A DNA stretch of 64,000 bases from Chiloscyllium plagiosum (taxonomy: Eukaryota): NCBI RefSeq assembly GCF_004010195.1, contig NC_057718.1, positions 28,206,061 through 28,270,060 of the forward strand. The letters run 5' to 3'. The notes beneath the pieces are model-generated. The model had not been told where the DNA came from and ran no database searches. It worked only from the letters and a program-made list of their open reading frames with translations. Positions 62,494 through 64,000 of the stretch are shown here, one piece after another. Position 1 is the first letter of the stretch; every line of letters starts with the position of its first letter. Both the position numbers and the translations under genes were made by a program.

Positions 62494-63479
62494 CAGTGGG
62501 AATGTCATGGTCATCTAGTACATCACTCCATCACTGTACTTTTGGTTACCCTCACCTTACTTCCCTCACCACCCCAAACCGCACCCCCATTGCCCTTGAC
62601 TAACTTTCATTACCTGTACAGCTTTCCCCATCACTATCAGTCAGCATCCCCACCCCAGCACACTGGAACTGCTGTCCATCCTCCATTACCCGCAACTAAA
62701 CATCTGTCATTCTCAACTCTCCTTCTATCAACCACAACCTGTTGCCCTCAGCGATCAGGACCTCACCATTGACCTTCCCTTTGTAATCCTTGATCTTCCC
62801 ATAAAAATGTTTGAGCTCCTGCCTGTTGATGTTTACCTTCCCTGTGTCGTCTAGCTTCCTCCCCATGTTTCCCATGAACCTTCATTGAGCTGCCACTTGC
62901 CTCCCTCCCACAATCAATCAAAATATGCTATTCCACTATGGCAACCAATACCTGAATTTAATGCATCATGTCTACCCTCTCATGGTTCAACAAGCTCCCC
63001 ATTTAAATAAAGTAATTCCAAATCCATCCTGCTGTACACCACTGTAAATCAATAATGAACCTGAAGTCATGTATTTCTCATTTGCTGCATGCCTAGTTCC
63101 CAAGGTACAATTTAATCTGGTGAATTTGTGTTTAATAGCATGGATGGCATGCTAATATATTGAAAAGAGGGAACAGTCAATTTCTGTCAGATAGTACAAT
63201 CTGCCCTCAATCCCCGGCCACTTATTAACCAACTTTCATCCTTCCAAACAGAAGCTGAGGTTTTGACTCCCTCTTAATAACTGTACTTGCCCACCTCATT
63301 GTCAGAAGCTCATCAAGATTGGACTCAAGATTTCAAAAGTCCTTTGATGTATAATGCAGAAGACCATCTCTTATTCCACAAGTGAGACTGCTCATTTCCA
63401 TTTTCTATCTAGCCATCTTGTGTCTCTGAAGGTTGCGTGCCATCAGGTATCCATTTTAATGTCAGCTTTGTGCCATCTC

Positions 63480-63925
63480 AATTATTTCCTGCATGCAATG
63501 TCACTTACACTACAGCCAGACTCTCACTGATCCACCTCTCAACATGTTGACATCAACATTCATACTTCCATACTTCAAATCTCTTCATACCTGCACCCAT
63601 CTCTAATTCTGCAACCTCCTCCAGATCTGTGTCCAACCATCCCTTCTCCATTTTCTTGCTTGTCGCTACCAGTCCCATCCAGACCCCTGGGCTCTGCGCC
63701 ACTATCTGCGATACAATGCTCACTCACAAGCTCAGGCACTCTGCAAGTTCATCCTTAAAACCTTCATCTTGCTATTACTGATCGCAACTTCAAAACACAG
63801 GGTCATCATTACAGGGCTCTGATTACCCTCTCACCAACTTAAGTATCAGTCAGTGCCCAACTGGCTAGGCCTGGTTTTAATGTACTTCGGGGTGGCATTG
63901 AAAGGTTTAAAGTGAGATTTCTTCA
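63480..63925 (+). mobile_element. Decayed L2-like 3' region
   Basis: CTTCAAATCTCTTCAT...CATCTCTAATTCTGCAACCTCCTCCAG similar to 1873-2050. Confidence 0.5.
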
Positions 63926-64000
63926 TACTCACTGATTGGCTGTCTGATCCTATCGCTGGGATTGCAGGCAGGCCCATAGGGAAAAGCCCTGGGTCCTGGA

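Overview
Repeat-dense vertebrate DNA, most likely intronic or intergenic, whose repeat families (HE1/V-SINE, HER1-like CR1 LINEs, Penelope-derived ends) point to a cartilaginous fish, probably a shark. I could not identify any host protein-coding gene, and most listed ORFs are decayed retroelement fragments or chance frames. Contents: one near full-length decayed L1/Tx1-clade LINE (9872-15400), a near full-length CR1 with an SGNH-esterase ORF1 (34127-37900), many truncated CR1 and L2-like copies (often nested), SINEs, one or two solo LTRs, Harbinger Myb/SANT remnants, simple repeats and a 500-N gap. The strongest signal is about 15-20 copies of short Penelope-terminal-repeat-like units carrying a minimal hammerhead ribozyme (CTGANGA-stem II-GAAACGTC). 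They show covarying stem II, 10-15 bp target-site duplications (TSDs), a recurrent boundary just 5' of the catalytic core, and frequent fold-back dimers. A second signal is a chain of abutting perfect stem-loops at 42533-42797 that I cannot explain. Family names come from motif recognition, not database searches. Boundaries of decayed elements are approximate.
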